Source: Cyanobacteriota bacterium (GTDB lineage Bacteria; Cyanobacteriota; Cyanobacteriia; PCC-6307; Cyanobiaceae). Taken from it: a stretch of 64,000 nt of DNA. A program made the position numbers and the translations under genes. Positions within the stretch are counted from its first letter, which is position 1; the number at the start of each line of letters is the position of its first letter. The DNA lies in contig JBJOMY010000002.1 of the NCBI GenBank assembly GCA_046052125.1, positions 160,001-224,000 of the forward strand. The letters are read 5' to 3'. This document shows, piece by piece, positions 41,016-53,361 of the stretch. The notes under the pieces are model-generated. The model searched no databases, was not told the origin of the DNA, and was given only the letters and a program-made list of their open reading frames with translations.

Positions 41016-41062
41016 CTGGAACAGGTTCAACACAGCCGACCCAAATAGCCGGCTGATCGAAC

Positions 41063-42961
<1,899 letters not shown>

Positions 42962-43014
42962 GGATGTCCTCTGAACTGGAGGCATCCTCAACAGCAGGCC
43001 CCAGTCAGGGCTAG

Positions 43015-43029
43015 GTGTGGTTGCCGAAC
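43015..43029 (-). promoter_or_regulatory. K-box-like element upstream of dnaK
   Basis: Minus strand GTTCGGCAACCACAC; the GTTCGG core matches but the spacer is 1 nt shorter than the GTTCGGNNANCCNNAC consensus. Confidence 0.45.
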
Positions 43030-43943
43030 AGAACCCACCCACCGTGACGCGCCTGCCCAGGATCAGCGGCTCCACTGCCCTTGTGGGCGTGCTGGGCGAT
43101 CCCGTGCGGCACTCTCTCTCACCGGTGATGCACAACGCCGCCCTGGAGGCGATGGGACTCAACTGGGCCTACCTGGCCCTGCCCGCCCCGGCCGCTGAAC
43201 TGGCGGCGGTGGTGCGCGGCCTGGAGGCCGTGCAATGCCGCGGCCTGAACGTGACCATCCCCCACAAGCAGGCGGTGGCGGCCCTGTGCCGCAGCCTGAG
43301 CCCGCTGGCGGAGCGGCTCGGGGCCGTGAACACCCTGGTGCCCCTGGAGGGTGGTGGCTGGCATGGCACCAACACCGATGTGGAGGGGTTTTGCGCCCCC
43401 CTGGCCCGGGAGGGCCGCAGCTGGAGCGGCGCCAGCGCCGTGGTGCTGGGCTGCGGCGGCAGCGCCCGTGCCGTGGTGGCCGGCCTGGCCGAGCTGGGCT
43501 TCAGCCAGATCCACCTGGCTGGCCGCCGAGCTGAAGCCCGCGACGCCTTCCTGGCGGACTGCCGCAGCTGGGCACCGCAGCTGCAGGGGCTGAGCTGGGA
43601 TGGCGCGTCCGGGGAGCTCACAGCCTCCCTGGCGCAAGCCGATCTGCTGGTGAACACCACCCCTGTCGGCATGGCCTCCGCGAGCGATCCCGCCGCTGCA
43701 CAGGCCTGCCCTCTGAGCGCCACCGAGCTGGCCGCCCTGCGAAGCGACTGCTGGGTGTACGACATCATTTACACGCCACGGCCCACCCAACTGCTGCAAA
43801 GTGCTGCAGCCCGGGGCTGCCGCAGCCTCGACGGCCTGGAGATGCTGGTGGAACAGGGCGCCGCGGCCCTGCGCCTGTGGAGCGGCCGCCCGGATGTGCC
43901 AGTGGAGGTGATGCGCCAGGCACTGCTTGAGCAGCTGCCATAG
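43017..43943 (+). CDS. aroE: Shikimate dehydrogenase
   Basis: [37 protein letters not shown]. Confidence 0.95.
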   Translation: MVAEQNPPTVTRLPRISGSTALVGVLGDPVRHSLSPVMHNAALEAMGLNWAYLALPAPAAELAAVVRGLEAVQCRGLNVTIPHKQAVAALCRSLSPLAERLGAVNTLVPLEGGGWHGTNTDVEGFCAPLAREGRSWSGASAVVLGCGGSARAVVAGLAELGFSQIHLAGRRAEARDAFLADCRSWAPQLQGLSWDGASGELTASLAQADLLVNTTPVGMASASDPAAAQACPLSATELAALRSDCWVYDIIYTPRPTQLLQSAAARGCRSLDGLEMLVEQGAAALRLWSGRPDVPVEVMRQALLEQLP

Positions 43944-43968
43944 CCTCGGCGGCACTGGCTTGAGAGCG

Positions 43969-44430
43969 ATGGGCGACATCCCCTGGTGGCAACGATTGCT
44001 GGCGGTGCTCGCCTACCTGCTGCCCTGGGCCGACACCCTGCCCTTCGCCGAGTCGCTCGACAACCTCTTTCCCGCACTGCAATGGCTGATGCTGCCGGCG
44101 CTACCGGTGTTGCTGCTGGAGAGGAACGTGCCGTTTGGCGGTTTCCTGCTCTTCCTGGTGCTGTTCCTGGCGGTGGTGCGGAACCCCCGCATTCCCTACT
44201 TCCTACGCTTCAACGTGCTGCAGGCGATCCTGCTCGACATCGTGCTCGTGGTGGTGTCGCTGGCCTTCCAGCTGCTGCGGCTGGGCAGCCTGGGGTTCGC
44301 GGGCCGCACCCTCGCCAACACGGTGTTTCTGGGGATGCTCGTGCTGCTGGTGTTCGCCGTGGTGCAGTGCGTTCGCGGCAAGGAGGCTGATGTGCCCAGC
44401 CTGTCCGAGGCGGTGCGCATGCAGCTGTAG
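43969..44430 (+). CDS. Tic20/Ycf60 family membrane protein
   Basis: [37 protein letters not shown]. Confidence 0.85.
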   Translation: MGDIPWWQRLLAVLAYLLPWADTLPFAESLDNLFPALQWLMLPALPVLLLERNVPFGGFLLFLVLFLAVVRNPRIPYFLRFNVLQAILLDIVLVVVSLAFQLLRLGSLGFAGRTLANTVFLGMLVLLVFAVVQCVRGKEADVPSLSEAVRMQL

Positions 44431-44519
44431 GGTGGGCAATCCGCCGCTGGAGAGCAGGGGCTCAGCCCCGAAGCGCCAGCCACCGTTCCCTTCGGCGTCC
44501 ACGTCGGATCGCGCAAGTC

Positions 44520-44888
44520 ATGTCGCAGCCCTACTACGAAACGATGTACATCCTTCGTCCGGACATCCCGGAGGAAGAGGTGGAGACCCATGTCACCAAG
44601 TACCGCGATCTGGTGACTGAAGCCGGCGCTGAGGTGCTCGATTGCCAGATGCGCGGCAAGCGCCGCCTGGCTTACCCGATCGCCAAGCACAAGGAAGGCA
44701 TCTACGTGCAGCTCGCCCACAACGGCGACGGTCAGCAGGTGGCCACCCTCGAGAAGGCGATGCGCATCAGCGAAGACGTGATCCGCTACCTCACCGTGAA
44801 GCAGGACGGTCCTCTGCCCGCTCCCCGCACCGGCCCCATCCCCCAGGCCAGCAGCGACGCTGCCGCCCTGCAGACCACCGAAGCCTGA
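44520..44888 (+). CDS. rpsF: 30S ribosomal protein S6
   Basis: [26 protein letters not shown]. Confidence 0.97.
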   Translation: MSQPYYETMYILRPDIPEEEVETHVTKYRDLVTEAGAEVLDCQMRGKRRLAYPIAKHKEGIYVQLAHNGDGQQVATLEKAMRISEDVIRYLTVKQDGPLPAPRTGPIPQASSDAAALQTTEA

Positions 44889-44905
44889 TCGCTTCCTGCA
44901 GCTTG

Positions 44906-44946
44906 AATCCCGGCCAGGCCTTGGTTAAGGTTTGGCCGGGATTTTT
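44906..44946 (+). terminator. Long hairpin terminator after rpsF
   Basis: AATCCCGGCCAGGCCTT-GGTT-AAGGTTTGGCCGGGATT (17 bp with G-U pairs) followed by TTT. Confidence 0.7.
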
Positions 44947-44965
44947 GCTTTCAGGACTGGATACG

Positions 44966-45367
44966 GTGGACGCGACGATCGCCGACCAGCCTGAACAAGA
45001 ACCAGAGCTGATCACCCACGAGCAGCAGTTGAAGCTGGCCTTGGCCAGTGCCGAGCGCAAGCTCGCCGAAGCACGGCTGCAGATTGCCGAACTGGAGGCC
45101 CTGCTCGACGAGATCCCGGAGATCTTCGAGCGCAAGTTCGAACAACGGCTGCAACCGGTGTTGGAGCGTCAAGAGCGGCTGCTCGACGACAACACCGACC
45201 TGCGCCAACAGATCCAGCTGCTCGCTCCGGTGCCGGGAGAAGTGCGGCTCCGCTTCAATCCAGAGGCCGGCCGAGCGAGCAACAGCCTCTCGCTGCCGCA
45301 GCTGCCGAGCAGGCCCCCCATCCGCCGCGTGGGCCGGGCTGATCGCCAGGGCCCACGCGCCGCCTGA
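44966..45367 (+). CDS. Coiled-coil hypothetical protein
   Basis: GTG start after AGGA; heptad-rich LASAERKLAEARLQIAELEALL. Confidence 0.65.
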   Translation: MDATIADQPEQEPELITHEQQLKLALASAERKLAEARLQIAELEALLDEIPEIFERKFEQRLQPVLERQERLLDDNTDLRQQIQLLAPVPGEVRLRFNPEAGRASNSLSLPQLPSRPPIRRVGRADRQGPRAA

Positions 45368-46567
45368 TCAGCGCTGGCTGGCGGCCCAGAGGCGTGTGGG
45401 GAGACCCCACACGTAGATGAAGCCCTCGGCGGCGCGGTGATCGAACTGATCGCCGGCGTCATAGGTGGCCATATCGGGCACGTAGAGGCTGTTGGCGCTG
45501 CTGCGGCCCACCACGGTGGCGTTGCCCTTGTGCAGCTTCACCTTCACGCTGCCGTTCACCGTGCGCTGGGTGCGCTCAATGAAGCCATCAAGGGCGTCCT
45601 TCAGCGGGCCATACCAGAGGCCCTGATACACCTGATCCGCCCACTGCTGCTCCAGCTGACGCTTGCTGCGCAGCACATCGGCGGCGAGGGTGAGGCTCTC
45701 CAGCTCCTGATGCGCCTTGATCAGCAGGAGCAGGCCAGGGGTTTCGTAGATCTCACGGCTCTTGATGCCCACCACCCGGTTCTCGATCATGTCGAGCCGG
45801 CCGAAGCCGTGGCTGCCGGCCAGTTCGTTGGCACGGCGGATCAGGCTCACCGGATCGAGCTGCACCCCATCAATGCTCACGGGATTGCCGTTCTCAAAAC
45901 CGATCTCCACCACCTGGGGCTGATCGGGAGCGGCATCCACGCTCACGGTGAGGGCATAGATCTCCTCGGGGGGCTCCACGTTGGGATCCTCGAGGGGGCC
46001 GGCCTCAATCGAGCGGCCCAACAGGTTGAGATCGATTGAATAGGGCGACTTCTTGCTCACGGGCGAGGGGATGCCGCAGCGCTCGCCGTAGGCGATGGTT
46101 TCCTCGCGGCTCATGCCCCACTCCCGGGCGGGGGTGAGCACCTTCAGATCGGGGGCAAGGGCGCCGATGGCCACATCGAAACGCACCTGGTCGTTGCCCT
46201 TGCCGGTGCAACCGTGGGCCACCGCATCAGCGCCTACCTCGCGGGCAATCTCCACCAGGCGGCGGGCGATCAGCGGGCGCGCCAGGGCGGTGGAGAGGGG
46301 ATAACGGCCCTCATACAGAGCATTGGCGCGGATCGCCGGGAAGGCGAACTCCTTGATGAAGGGCTCGATCAGGTCGCCCACGATCGACTGGCTGGCACCG
46401 GAATCGAGCGCCTTCTGGCGGATCGGCTCGAGCTCGTCGCCCTGGCCCAGGTCGGCGGCGAAGGTGATCACCTCCTCCACACCCCATTCGTTTTTGAGAT
46501 AGGGGATGCAGACGCTGGTGTCCACACCACCGGAATACGCCAGTACCGCCTTCTTGGCCCTGCCCAT
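45368..46567 (-). CDS. argG: Argininosuccinate synthase
   Basis: [30 protein letters not shown]. Confidence 0.98.
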   Translation of the reverse strand: MGRAKKAVLAYSGGVDTSVCIPYLKNEWGVEEVITFAADLGQGDELEPIRQKALDSGASQSIVGDLIEPFIKEFAFPAIRANALYEGRYPLSTALARPLIARRLVEIAREVGADAVAHGCTGKGNDQVRFDVAIGALAPDLKVLTPAREWGMSREETIAYGERCGIPSPVSKKSPYSIDLNLLGRSIEAGPLEDPNVEPPEEIYALTVSVDAAPDQPQVVEIGFENGNPVSIDGVQLDPVSLIRRANELAGSHGFGRLDMIENRVVGIKSREIYETPGLLLLIKAHQELESLTLAADVLRSKRQLEQQWADQVYQGLWYGPLKDALDGFIERTQRTVNGSVKVKLHKGNATVVGRSSANSLYVPDMATYDAGDQFDHRAAEGFIYVWGLPTRLWAASQR

Positions 46568-46851
46568 CAACGCTCTCCGTGCGCGCAATCGATCGATTCT
46601 CCACTGTCGCGGTGGCGCAGCATCCGCGCGATCAGCAGGGCCGCCATCAAAGCCGGCGGCACCAGCACCAAGGCCAGGGCCACGAGCGCAGCCCGGCCTG
46701 GATCCGCCTGGGCCCAGGTTTGCTGCAGCAAAGGGATGGGCCAGCGCGCACCAGCTCCCACCAACAACGCGCTGAGCGCCAGGGCTGCAAGCCAGGGCTT
46801 CAGCAGAGCGCGCCAGACGGGGGTTTCAAGGTGCGCCAGGGAATTCACCAT
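46567..46851 (-). CDS. Small membrane protein
   Basis: Two hydrophobic segments; TGATG coupling to argG. Confidence 0.6.
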   Translation of the reverse strand: MVNSLAHLETPVWRALLKPWLAALALSALLVGAGARWPIPLLQQTWAQADPGRAALVALALVLVPPALMAALLIARMLRHRDSGESIDCAHGER

Positions 46852-46939
46852 GCTGCTCCGTTAGGATGGCTGATTGGCAACCGCCGGGCCGCAGGCCCCC
46901 AAGCGCCGCCCGCCAGCCGAACGCCCTAAGCAGAACGCG

Positions 46940-47215
46940 ATGAGCAGCAATCTCAGCACAAGCCTCAGCCAGCTGGATGGCATCAACCCGTCGCTCACCC
47001 GCTACGGCCGCAACGAGCCTGCGCCCGTGCTGCCCCTGCGCGAGGAGCCCGATCTGTTGAGCTGGCTCGAGAGCAGTGGGCGCCTGGTGGCCGATGAGGA
47101 AACCGCCAGCAGCGATGTGAGCACCGTGGAAGAGGAAGAGCTCTCCGCGCTCATGGGCGAAAAAGAGGACTACAACGCCGCCGACGAGCAGACCGAGGAA
47201 GACTGGGAGGACTGA
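46940..47215 (+). CDS. DUF3134-like acidic small protein
   Basis: [31 protein letters not shown] with an acidic tail; upstream of mraY. Confidence 0.75.
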   Translation: MSSNLSTSLSQLDGINPSLTRYGRNEPAPVLPLREEPDLLSWLESSGRLVADEETASSDVSTVEEEELSALMGEKEDYNAADEQTEEDWED

Positions 47216-47229
47216 TTCCTCAGCAGCCC

Positions 47230-48324
47230 TTGATCTCCCCCACCAGGCTGATCGCCGCGATGCCCAGCAACAGCCGCTCCCTGGCGCTGTTGCTGGGCTT
47301 GCTGCTGTTGGGCGTTTCCGTCTTGAGCGACTGGCTCAGCCAGGCCCCGCAACTCACCCTGCCGCTCGTGATCAGCGCTGCGGTGAGCGCTCTGCTCTGC
47401 GCCTGGGGCGTGCCGCAGCTGCGGCGCTTGAAGCTGGGACAGGTGATTCGCGAGGAAGGGCCCCAGGCGCACCAGAGCAAAGCGGGCACCCCCACCATGG
47501 GCGGCCTGCTGGTGGTGCCTGTGGGGGTAATTGCTGGTGGTCTGGTAGCCCCTGCAGACCAGCGGCTGCTGGCGGTGGCCGCAATCACCCTGGCCACCAT
47601 GGCCATCGGCGCTGTGGACGACTGGCGCAGCCTCACCAAACGCCACAACACCGGCCTCACTCCGCGCGGGAAGCTGCTGCTGCAGGCCCTCTGCGCCGTG
47701 GCCTTTCTGGCCTGGGCCCACTGGGATCAGCAGGTGGCTGCGTTCATCGCCCTGCCCCTCGGCTGGGTGCTGCCGCTGGGGCTGCTGATCTGGCCGCTGG
47801 GGCTATTTGTGTTTCTGGCGGAGAGCAACGCCACCAACCTCACCGATGGCCTCGATGGCCTGGCGGCCGGCTGCGGAGCAATTGTGTTCAGCGGCCTGGG
47901 GCTGCAACTGATGCTCAGGGGCCATGAAGGCGATCCCGCCATGGCCGGCTTCTGCGCCGCCATGGCGGGCTGCTGGTTGGGTTTTCTGCTGTTCAACCGT
48001 CACCCGGCTCGGGTGTTCATGGGCGACACCGGCTCCCTGGCCATGGGCGCAGCCCTGGCCGCGGTGGCGCTACTCAGCAACAGCCTCTGGCCGCTGCTGG
48101 TGATGGGCGGGGTGTTCCTGGCGGAGTCGCTGTCGGTGATCGCCCAGGTGTGGGTGTTCAAAGCCACCAAGGATCCCGCCACCGGCCAGGGCAAACGCGT
48201 GCTGCGCATGGCGCCGCTGCACCACCACTTCGAGCTCGGCGGTGCCAGTGAGCAGCAGGTGGTGGTGGGCTTCTGGCTGATCAGCCTGATACTGGTGATC
48301 GTGGGCCTGGTGCTGTTGCCCTGA
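47230..48324 (+). CDS. mraY: Phospho-N-acetylmuramoyl-pentapeptide transferase
   Basis: [36 protein letters not shown]. Confidence 0.97.
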   Translation: MISPTRLIAAMPSNSRSLALLLGLLLLGVSVLSDWLSQAPQLTLPLVISAAVSALLCAWGVPQLRRLKLGQVIREEGPQAHQSKAGTPTMGGLLVVPVGVIAGGLVAPADQRLLAVAAITLATMAIGAVDDWRSLTKRHNTGLTPRGKLLLQALCAVAFLAWAHWDQQVAAFIALPLGWVLPLGLLIWPLGLFVFLAESNATNLTDGLDGLAAGCGAIVFSGLGLQLMLRGHEGDPAMAGFCAAMAGCWLGFLLFNRHPARVFMGDTGSLAMGAALAAVALLSNSLWPLLVMGGVFLAESLSVIAQVWVFKATKDPATGQGKRVLRMAPLHHHFELGGASEQQVVVGFWLISLILVIVGLVLLP

Positions 48325-48578
48325 TGGCGTATTTCACCTGGAAGGAAGCCGGCCTAACGGCCGATTGCGCCAGCCTCGAAGCGATGGCGGCGCGGTTTGA
48401 GGAAGCGGCTGCGCTGATGCGCCGCATGGCGAACGAAGGGTTCGTGCTGGAGCGCCACAGCGATGGCCAGCACATCACCCACAGTGATGACTCCGTTTTC
48501 GCCGCCTACGGCTTCATCGATGAGCAATCGCCGGTGCGGCAGCTGAATCTGATCGACTCCATCGGAAGCGCCGGCTGA
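48324..48578 (+). CDS. Small hypothetical protein
   Basis: TGATG-coupled to mraY; host-like codon use. Confidence 0.7.
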   Translation: MAYFTWKEAGLTADCASLEAMAARFEEAAALMRRMANEGFVLERHSDGQHITHSDDSVFAAYGFIDEQSPVRQLNLIDSIGSAG

Positions 48579-48589
48579 ACGGCTGGCCC

Positions 48590-48778
48590 TCAGCCAGGCC
48601 GCCGCAGATAGCCCACCAGCCACACCACAATGAAGGCCAGCGCCGAAAGACCCAGATACACCAGGGTCCAGCGCTGCAGGCTCTCGATGCTCAACCCGTT
48701 GAGCAGGCCATCGGCGGCATCACCAGCAGTGGCATAGCCCAAGAACAACAGCCGGGCCAACGGAAGGAACAGCAGCAC
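48590..48778 (-). CDS. Small membrane protein
   Basis: C-terminal hydrophobic helix WTLVYLGLSALAFIVVWLVGYLRR; start uncertain. Confidence 0.5.
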   Translation of the reverse strand: MLLFLPLARLLFLGYATAGDAADGLLNGLSIESLQRWTLVYLGLSALAFIVVWLVGYLRRPG

Positions 48779-48828
48779 AGGGGAGCGCCGGGGCAGGATC
48801 GGGGCAGTCTCTCGCCTCAGCCGCGGCC

Positions 48829-50019
48829 ATGGCCAGCTCAACCTTTCCGCGCACCCTGTTGCTCTTGGGCAGCGGTGAGCTGGGCAAGGAGGTGGCGATC
48901 GCCGCCCAACGCCTGGGCTGCCGCGTGATCGCCGTGGATCGCTACGCCGGCGCACCGGCGATGCAGGTGGCGGATGTGGCCGAGGTGGTGGCCATGACCG
49001 ACCCAGAGGCGCTCAAGGCCGTGGTGCGCCGGCACCAGCCCGATGTGGTGATCCCTGAAATCGAAGCGCTAGCGGTGGATGCCCTGGCGGAGCTGGAAGC
49101 TGGCGGCATCACTGTGATCCCCACGGCCCGGGCCACGGCCGTCACCATGAACCGCGACCGGATCCGCGATCTGGCCGCCTCGGAGCTGGGGCTGCGCACG
49201 GCGCGCTTCGCCTATGCGGCAAGCGCCGAGGAGCTGGCCGCCGCGGCCGCACCCCTGGGCTGGCCAGTGGTGGTGAAACCGGTGATGAGCTCGTCCGGCA
49301 AAGGCCAGAGCGTGGTGGAGGGGCCGGAAGACATCACCGCCGCCTGGGAAGCAGCGATGGCTGGCGCCCGGGGCAGCGGCGAGCGGGTGATCGTGGAAGA
49401 GTTCCTGCGCTTCGAGCAGGAGATCACCCTGCTCACGGTGAAGCAGTGGAACGGGCCCACCCTGTTCTGCCCGCCGATCGGTCACATCCAGGAACGGGGT
49501 GACTACCAATGCAGCTGGCAGCCGGCCCACCTGGAGTGGGAGCAGCTGGCTGCCGCCCAGGCCATGGCCCGCCAGGTCACCGACAACCTCGGTGGAGCTG
49601 GAATCTTCGGGGTGGAGTTCTTCGTGTGCAGCACCGCCGATGGCGGCAGTGAAGTGGTGTTTTCCGAGCTCTCGCCCCGGCCCCATGACACAGGCCTGGT
49701 GACCCTCGCCGGCCAGAACCTGAGCGAGTTCGAGCTGCACCTGCGGGCGGTGCTGGGGCTACCGATCCCTGAGATCCGCTCCACCGGACCCGCCGCCAGC
49801 CGGGTGATCCTGGCTGAACAGGCCAGTGAAGCCGTGCGCTTCTCCGGCCTGGAGCAGGCCCTCGAAGAGGTGGATGTGCAGGTGCTGCTGTTCGGCAAGC
49901 CCGACACCCGGCCGTACCGCCGCATGGGTGTGGCCTTGGCCAGCGGCAGCAGCCTGGAGGAGGCCCAACAGCGCGCCGATCAGGCCGCGGCCGCCATCCG
50001 CGTGCTGCCGGCCAGCTGA
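48829..50019 (+). CDS. purT: Formate-dependent phosphoribosylglycinamide formyltransferase
   Basis: LLGSGELGKE, KPVMSSSGKGQS, SPRPHDTG, RRMGVA. Confidence 0.97.
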   Translation: MASSTFPRTLLLLGSGELGKEVAIAAQRLGCRVIAVDRYAGAPAMQVADVAEVVAMTDPEALKAVVRRHQPDVVIPEIEALAVDALAELEAGGITVIPTARATAVTMNRDRIRDLAASELGLRTARFAYAASAEELAAAAAPLGWPVVVKPVMSSSGKGQSVVEGPEDITAAWEAAMAGARGSGERVIVEEFLRFEQEITLLTVKQWNGPTLFCPPIGHIQERGDYQCSWQPAHLEWEQLAAAQAMARQVTDNLGGAGIFGVEFFVCSTADGGSEVVFSELSPRPHDTGLVTLAGQNLSEFELHLRAVLGLPIPEIRSTGPAASRVILAEQASEAVRFSGLEQALEEVDVQVLLFGKPDTRPYRRMGVALASGSSLEEAQQRADQAAAAIRVLPAS

Positions 50020-50096
50020 TCCAGCTGGCCGAGAGGCCCAGACCCCACTGGCCACAAGGGAAGACGCGCGATACGGTTCGGCCACGCAAGCCGTTC

Positions 50097-51128
50097 ATGT
50101 CGCAGGCTCAGCCCAGTCCAGCCCCCCGCCGCGGGTCCCGTAGTCAGTCGCGCGGGCAGCTCAAGCCTGTGGAGCGGCAGCAGCGGCGCGGCCGTAGGAC
50201 GGCGCCCGCCAAGGCATCGGTGACGCCGCTGGACGAGCGCCGGCGGCCCAAGAAAACCCGGGGCGGCCTGCCCCGGTTGCCCCTGTTTGTGGCCGGCCTG
50301 GGCCTGGGCTATGGCCTCAACGGCCCGATTCCGCACCTGGCCGCCGGCCTGCTGGCCGGCCTGCACAGCCCCCATGCGGTGCTCGGCGCCTTGGTGTCGC
50401 CAGCGGGCATGGGTGATCGGCGCATTGTGGTGATGGGCACCGACCATGTGAGCACCAACACCGATGTGATGTTCACGGTGCAGCTCAAGGATGGCCGCAC
50501 CCAGCTCACCCAGGTGCCGCGCGACACCTTCATCGAGTCGGAGAAATACGGCGTGATGAAGGCCAACTCCCTCTACAGCAGTGGCGGACCCCAGATGGTG
50601 AAGCAGGAGCTGAGCAAGCTGCTCTCCGCGAAGGTGGATCGCTATCTGGTGATCAACCTTGGCGCCGTGCAGCGCCTGGCGGATGCCCTGGGCGGCGTGG
50701 AGGTGGATGTGCCGAAGCGGATGGTCTACGTGGACAACAGCCAGGGGCTGTACATCGACCTCTATCCAGGCCGGCAGCTGCTCAAGGGCGAGGCCCTCGA
50801 AGGCTTCCTGCGCTTCCGCCACGACGAGCTGGGCGACATCGGCCGCATGGAGCGCCAGAAGCTGGTGCTCAGTGAGGTGTTCAAAAAGCTCGCCAACCCC
50901 GTGATGGCCACCCGGCTCCCTGAGCTGATGCGCATTGCTGGAAAAGACGTCCTCACCGACCTCTCCCCCGTGGATATGGGCACCCTGGTAACGGCGATGG
51001 CCACCACCAAGCTCAGCTCCAGCCGCCTCTCGGGCACGCCCTACTGGCATGAAGACATCAGCTACTGGCTGCCCGACGCCAACCCCAACCGCGAGCTCTA
51101 CCGCAGCCAGGAGCGACCACCCCTCTGA
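50097..51128 (+). CDS. LCP (LytR-CpsA-Psr) family protein
   Basis: TDVM, VPRDT, GGVEVDV, LRFRHDELGDIGRMERQ. Confidence 0.9.
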   Translation: MSQAQPSPAPRRGSRSQSRGQLKPVERQQRRGRRTAPAKASVTPLDERRRPKKTRGGLPRLPLFVAGLGLGYGLNGPIPHLAAGLLAGLHSPHAVLGALVSPAGMGDRRIVVMGTDHVSTNTDVMFTVQLKDGRTQLTQVPRDTFIESEKYGVMKANSLYSSGGPQMVKQELSKLLSAKVDRYLVINLGAVQRLADALGGVEVDVPKRMVYVDNSQGLYIDLYPGRQLLKGEALEGFLRFRHDELGDIGRMERQKLVLSEVFKKLANPVMATRLPELMRIAGKDVLTDLSPVDMGTLVTAMATTKLSSSRLSGTPYWHEDISYWLPDANPNRELYRSQERPPL

Positions 51129-51129
51129 A

Positions 51130-53247
51130 TCAACGCCGCAAAAAGCGGTAGTGATCCAGCCCTTCGAGCACACCCCACGCCTGACGGCGTGAGGCGAAAA
51201 ACACCGTGGAGCGGCGGCGCAGCTCATTGAGGGAGCGGTCGTGATCGCCCACCACCACCCCCAGGGCCCGGCCGCTGAGCAACTCACCATCCCCCTGCTG
51301 GGAGGCCACCACCAGCACCTGCTCCAGCGGCAACCCCCAGCTGAGGCTGAGATGGCGAATCGCCTCCGCTTTCGAGGCCCTCAACGGCAGCACATCCAAA
51401 AACCAGTGGTGGAACAGGTGGGCGCGGGCCTCAAGCCGGCCCTGCCGCACCCGTTGCCGCACCATCTCCGGCACACCAGCCGGCGGCGCTTGCAACGTGT
51501 AGCTCACCTTGAACGGGCCCTGCTGAGCCTCGGGCTGCGGCAACAGCCGCGGGGCCAGATCCGCCAGGGCCTGCTCCACGGCATCACGCCGCCAGCCCTG
51601 AGCAATGTGCTGCCGCCAGGCCTGATCCGGCACACCCTCGGGGCCATAGCGGATCTCCGTGCCTGCCTCGAGAATCCACACCTGGGGGAGCGGCAGATGC
51701 AGCTCCTGATAGCGCAGGCGGGCCGAGGCGAAACCGCGGCCGCTGAGCATGCCGATACCGCAGCTGGGGTCGGCGGCCAAACGCCGGCGCAGCTCCTGCA
51801 ACCCGGCGGGATCGGGGGCATCAAGGCACACATCCAGATCGAGCAGCAACAACCGCTTCACCGGGGGCGATGGCGCCGCCGCCACGGCCGACTGCGGCCG
51901 TGGCTCCACTAGCTCACATCGGCGCTGGGCCAGGCCCAGATAGCTACAGCCATGGGCATCCCAGCTGAAATGGCGGCTCACCGCCTCGATGCCGTTGTCG
52001 CGCCAGCGGCGCCAGCGCTGCGGGTCGGCGGCTGCAGCCTCCAGCCCCTGCTGCAGGGCATCGAGGTCCGTCACGTCCACCAGCTGGCCATTACCGCAGC
52101 GCTGCAGGATGTCGCGGGGCCCGCCGTCATCGGTGGCCACTACAGGCAACCCGCAGGCGGCGGCCTCCAGCAGCGTGAGGCCAAAGGGTTCGGTGAGGGC
52201 CGGGTTCACGAACACGCCGCCGCGGCGGGAGGCCCAGCGATACATCGCCGGGATGTCGTCGCCACCGTGCTGCTTGGGGTAGGCGACGCGCCCATAGAGA
52301 TCGAAGCGATCCACCAGCTCGAAAATCTGCTGAAACTGATCGCGCTGCTGCCTCTCCATGGCGCGGGGATCCTCCCGGCAGCCGAGCACCAACACCAGGT
52401 TGTGGCGCTCCTGCAGCAGAGCCGAGCGGCCATAGGCCTCCACCAGGGCCGGCACGTTTTTGCGGCGCACGGCCCGGCAGATGCAGAGCAGCGGCGGCTT
52501 CGCCGGCTCCCGCAAAAACGGATCCAACAGGGCTGAAATCGCCTGCTCTTCCCCGGGCAGCTCCTGAGGATGGAAGCGGCGGGCGTCCACCCCCGGCGGC
52601 ACCACAACGGCCTTCTGAGCCAGAAAGCGGTCGTAGCGGCTGTATTGCTGCTCCGCCTCCTGCTGGGTGCTGGTGATCACCAGCTCCGCCTGGGCGAGGG
52701 TGCGCTCCTCCGCATCAATGCGCTGGCTGATCGCGTAGCTGTGCTCGATCTGATCGTGGGTCATGCCCGCTGCCAGCAGGCGGCGCTGCTTCTCGCGGCC
52801 GAGGGAATGGCCCGTGAACACCAGAGGAATCCCCGTGCGCTGCGACACCAGCGCCCCCACATAACCGGCATCGGCGTAGTGGGCATGAATCCAATCTGGG
52901 CGGCGCTTCTGAGCCGCGACATGGGCCACCAGCGCATCGGCCAGCTCATCGAGGTGGGGCCAGAGCTGCTCCTTGCGCAGATAACGGCGGGGACCGAAGG
53001 GAAAGCGCAGGATGCAGGCACCGTTGCCGAGCTCCTCACGGGGCTGGCTGTAGTCCGGGGAAACGCGCCGGTCGTGGATCTGGCGGGTGATCACCTCAAC
53101 GCGGTCCACCTCCGGCCGCGCCGCCAGAGAGCGGATCAGCTCCAGCACATAGGTGGTCTGCCCGCCGGTATCAGCATCACGCCCTAATTCCAGCTGCTGA
53201 CCACGAAACAGACCATGCAGATGCAGGTGAAGCAGATAGGAACCCAC
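51130..53247 (-). CDS. sps: Sucrose-phosphate synthase (GT4 domain plus HAD-like domain)
   Basis: HGLFRG..LELGRDADTGGQ, HAHYADAG, NPALTEPFGLTLLEAAA. Confidence 0.93.
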   Translation of the reverse strand: MGSYLLHLHLHGLFRGQQLELGRDADTGGQTTYVLELIRSLAARPEVDRVEVITRQIHDRRVSPDYSQPREELGNGACILRFPFGPRRYLRKEQLWPHLDELADALVAHVAAQKRRPDWIHAHYADAGYVGALVSQRTGIPLVFTGHSLGREKQRRLLAAGMTHDQIEHSYAISQRIDAEERTLAQAELVITSTQQEAEQQYSRYDRFLAQKAVVVPPGVDARRFHPQELPGEEQAISALLDPFLREPAKPPLLCICRAVRRKNVPALVEAYGRSALLQERHNLVLVLGCREDPRAMERQQRDQFQQIFELVDRFDLYGRVAYPKQHGGDDIPAMYRWASRRGGVFVNPALTEPFGLTLLEAAACGLPVVATDDGGPRDILQRCGNGQLVDVTDLDALQQGLEAAAADPQRWRRWRDNGIEAVSRHFSWDAHGCSYLGLAQRRCELVEPRPQSAVAAAPSPPVKRLLLLDLDVCLDAPDPAGLQELRRRLAADPSCGIGMLSGRGFASARLRYQELHLPLPQVWILEAGTEIRYGPEGVPDQAWRQHIAQGWRRDAVEQALADLAPRLLPQPEAQQGPFKVSYTLQAPPAGVPEMVRQRVRQGRLEARAHLFHHWFLDVLPLRASKAEAIRHLSLSWGLPLEQVLVVASQQGDGELLSGRALGVVVGDHDRSLNELRRRSTVFFASRRQAWGVLEGLDHYRFLRR

Positions 53248-53361
53248 CCCAATCGACGGCGATTAACTCACCCTTAGCCATGGTTTCAAGGCCGCGCAGC
53301 AAGCCATGCGCAAGAGATCCGGTCTGCGTGCAAAAACGCTGACCAACAATCCAAAACCCAA

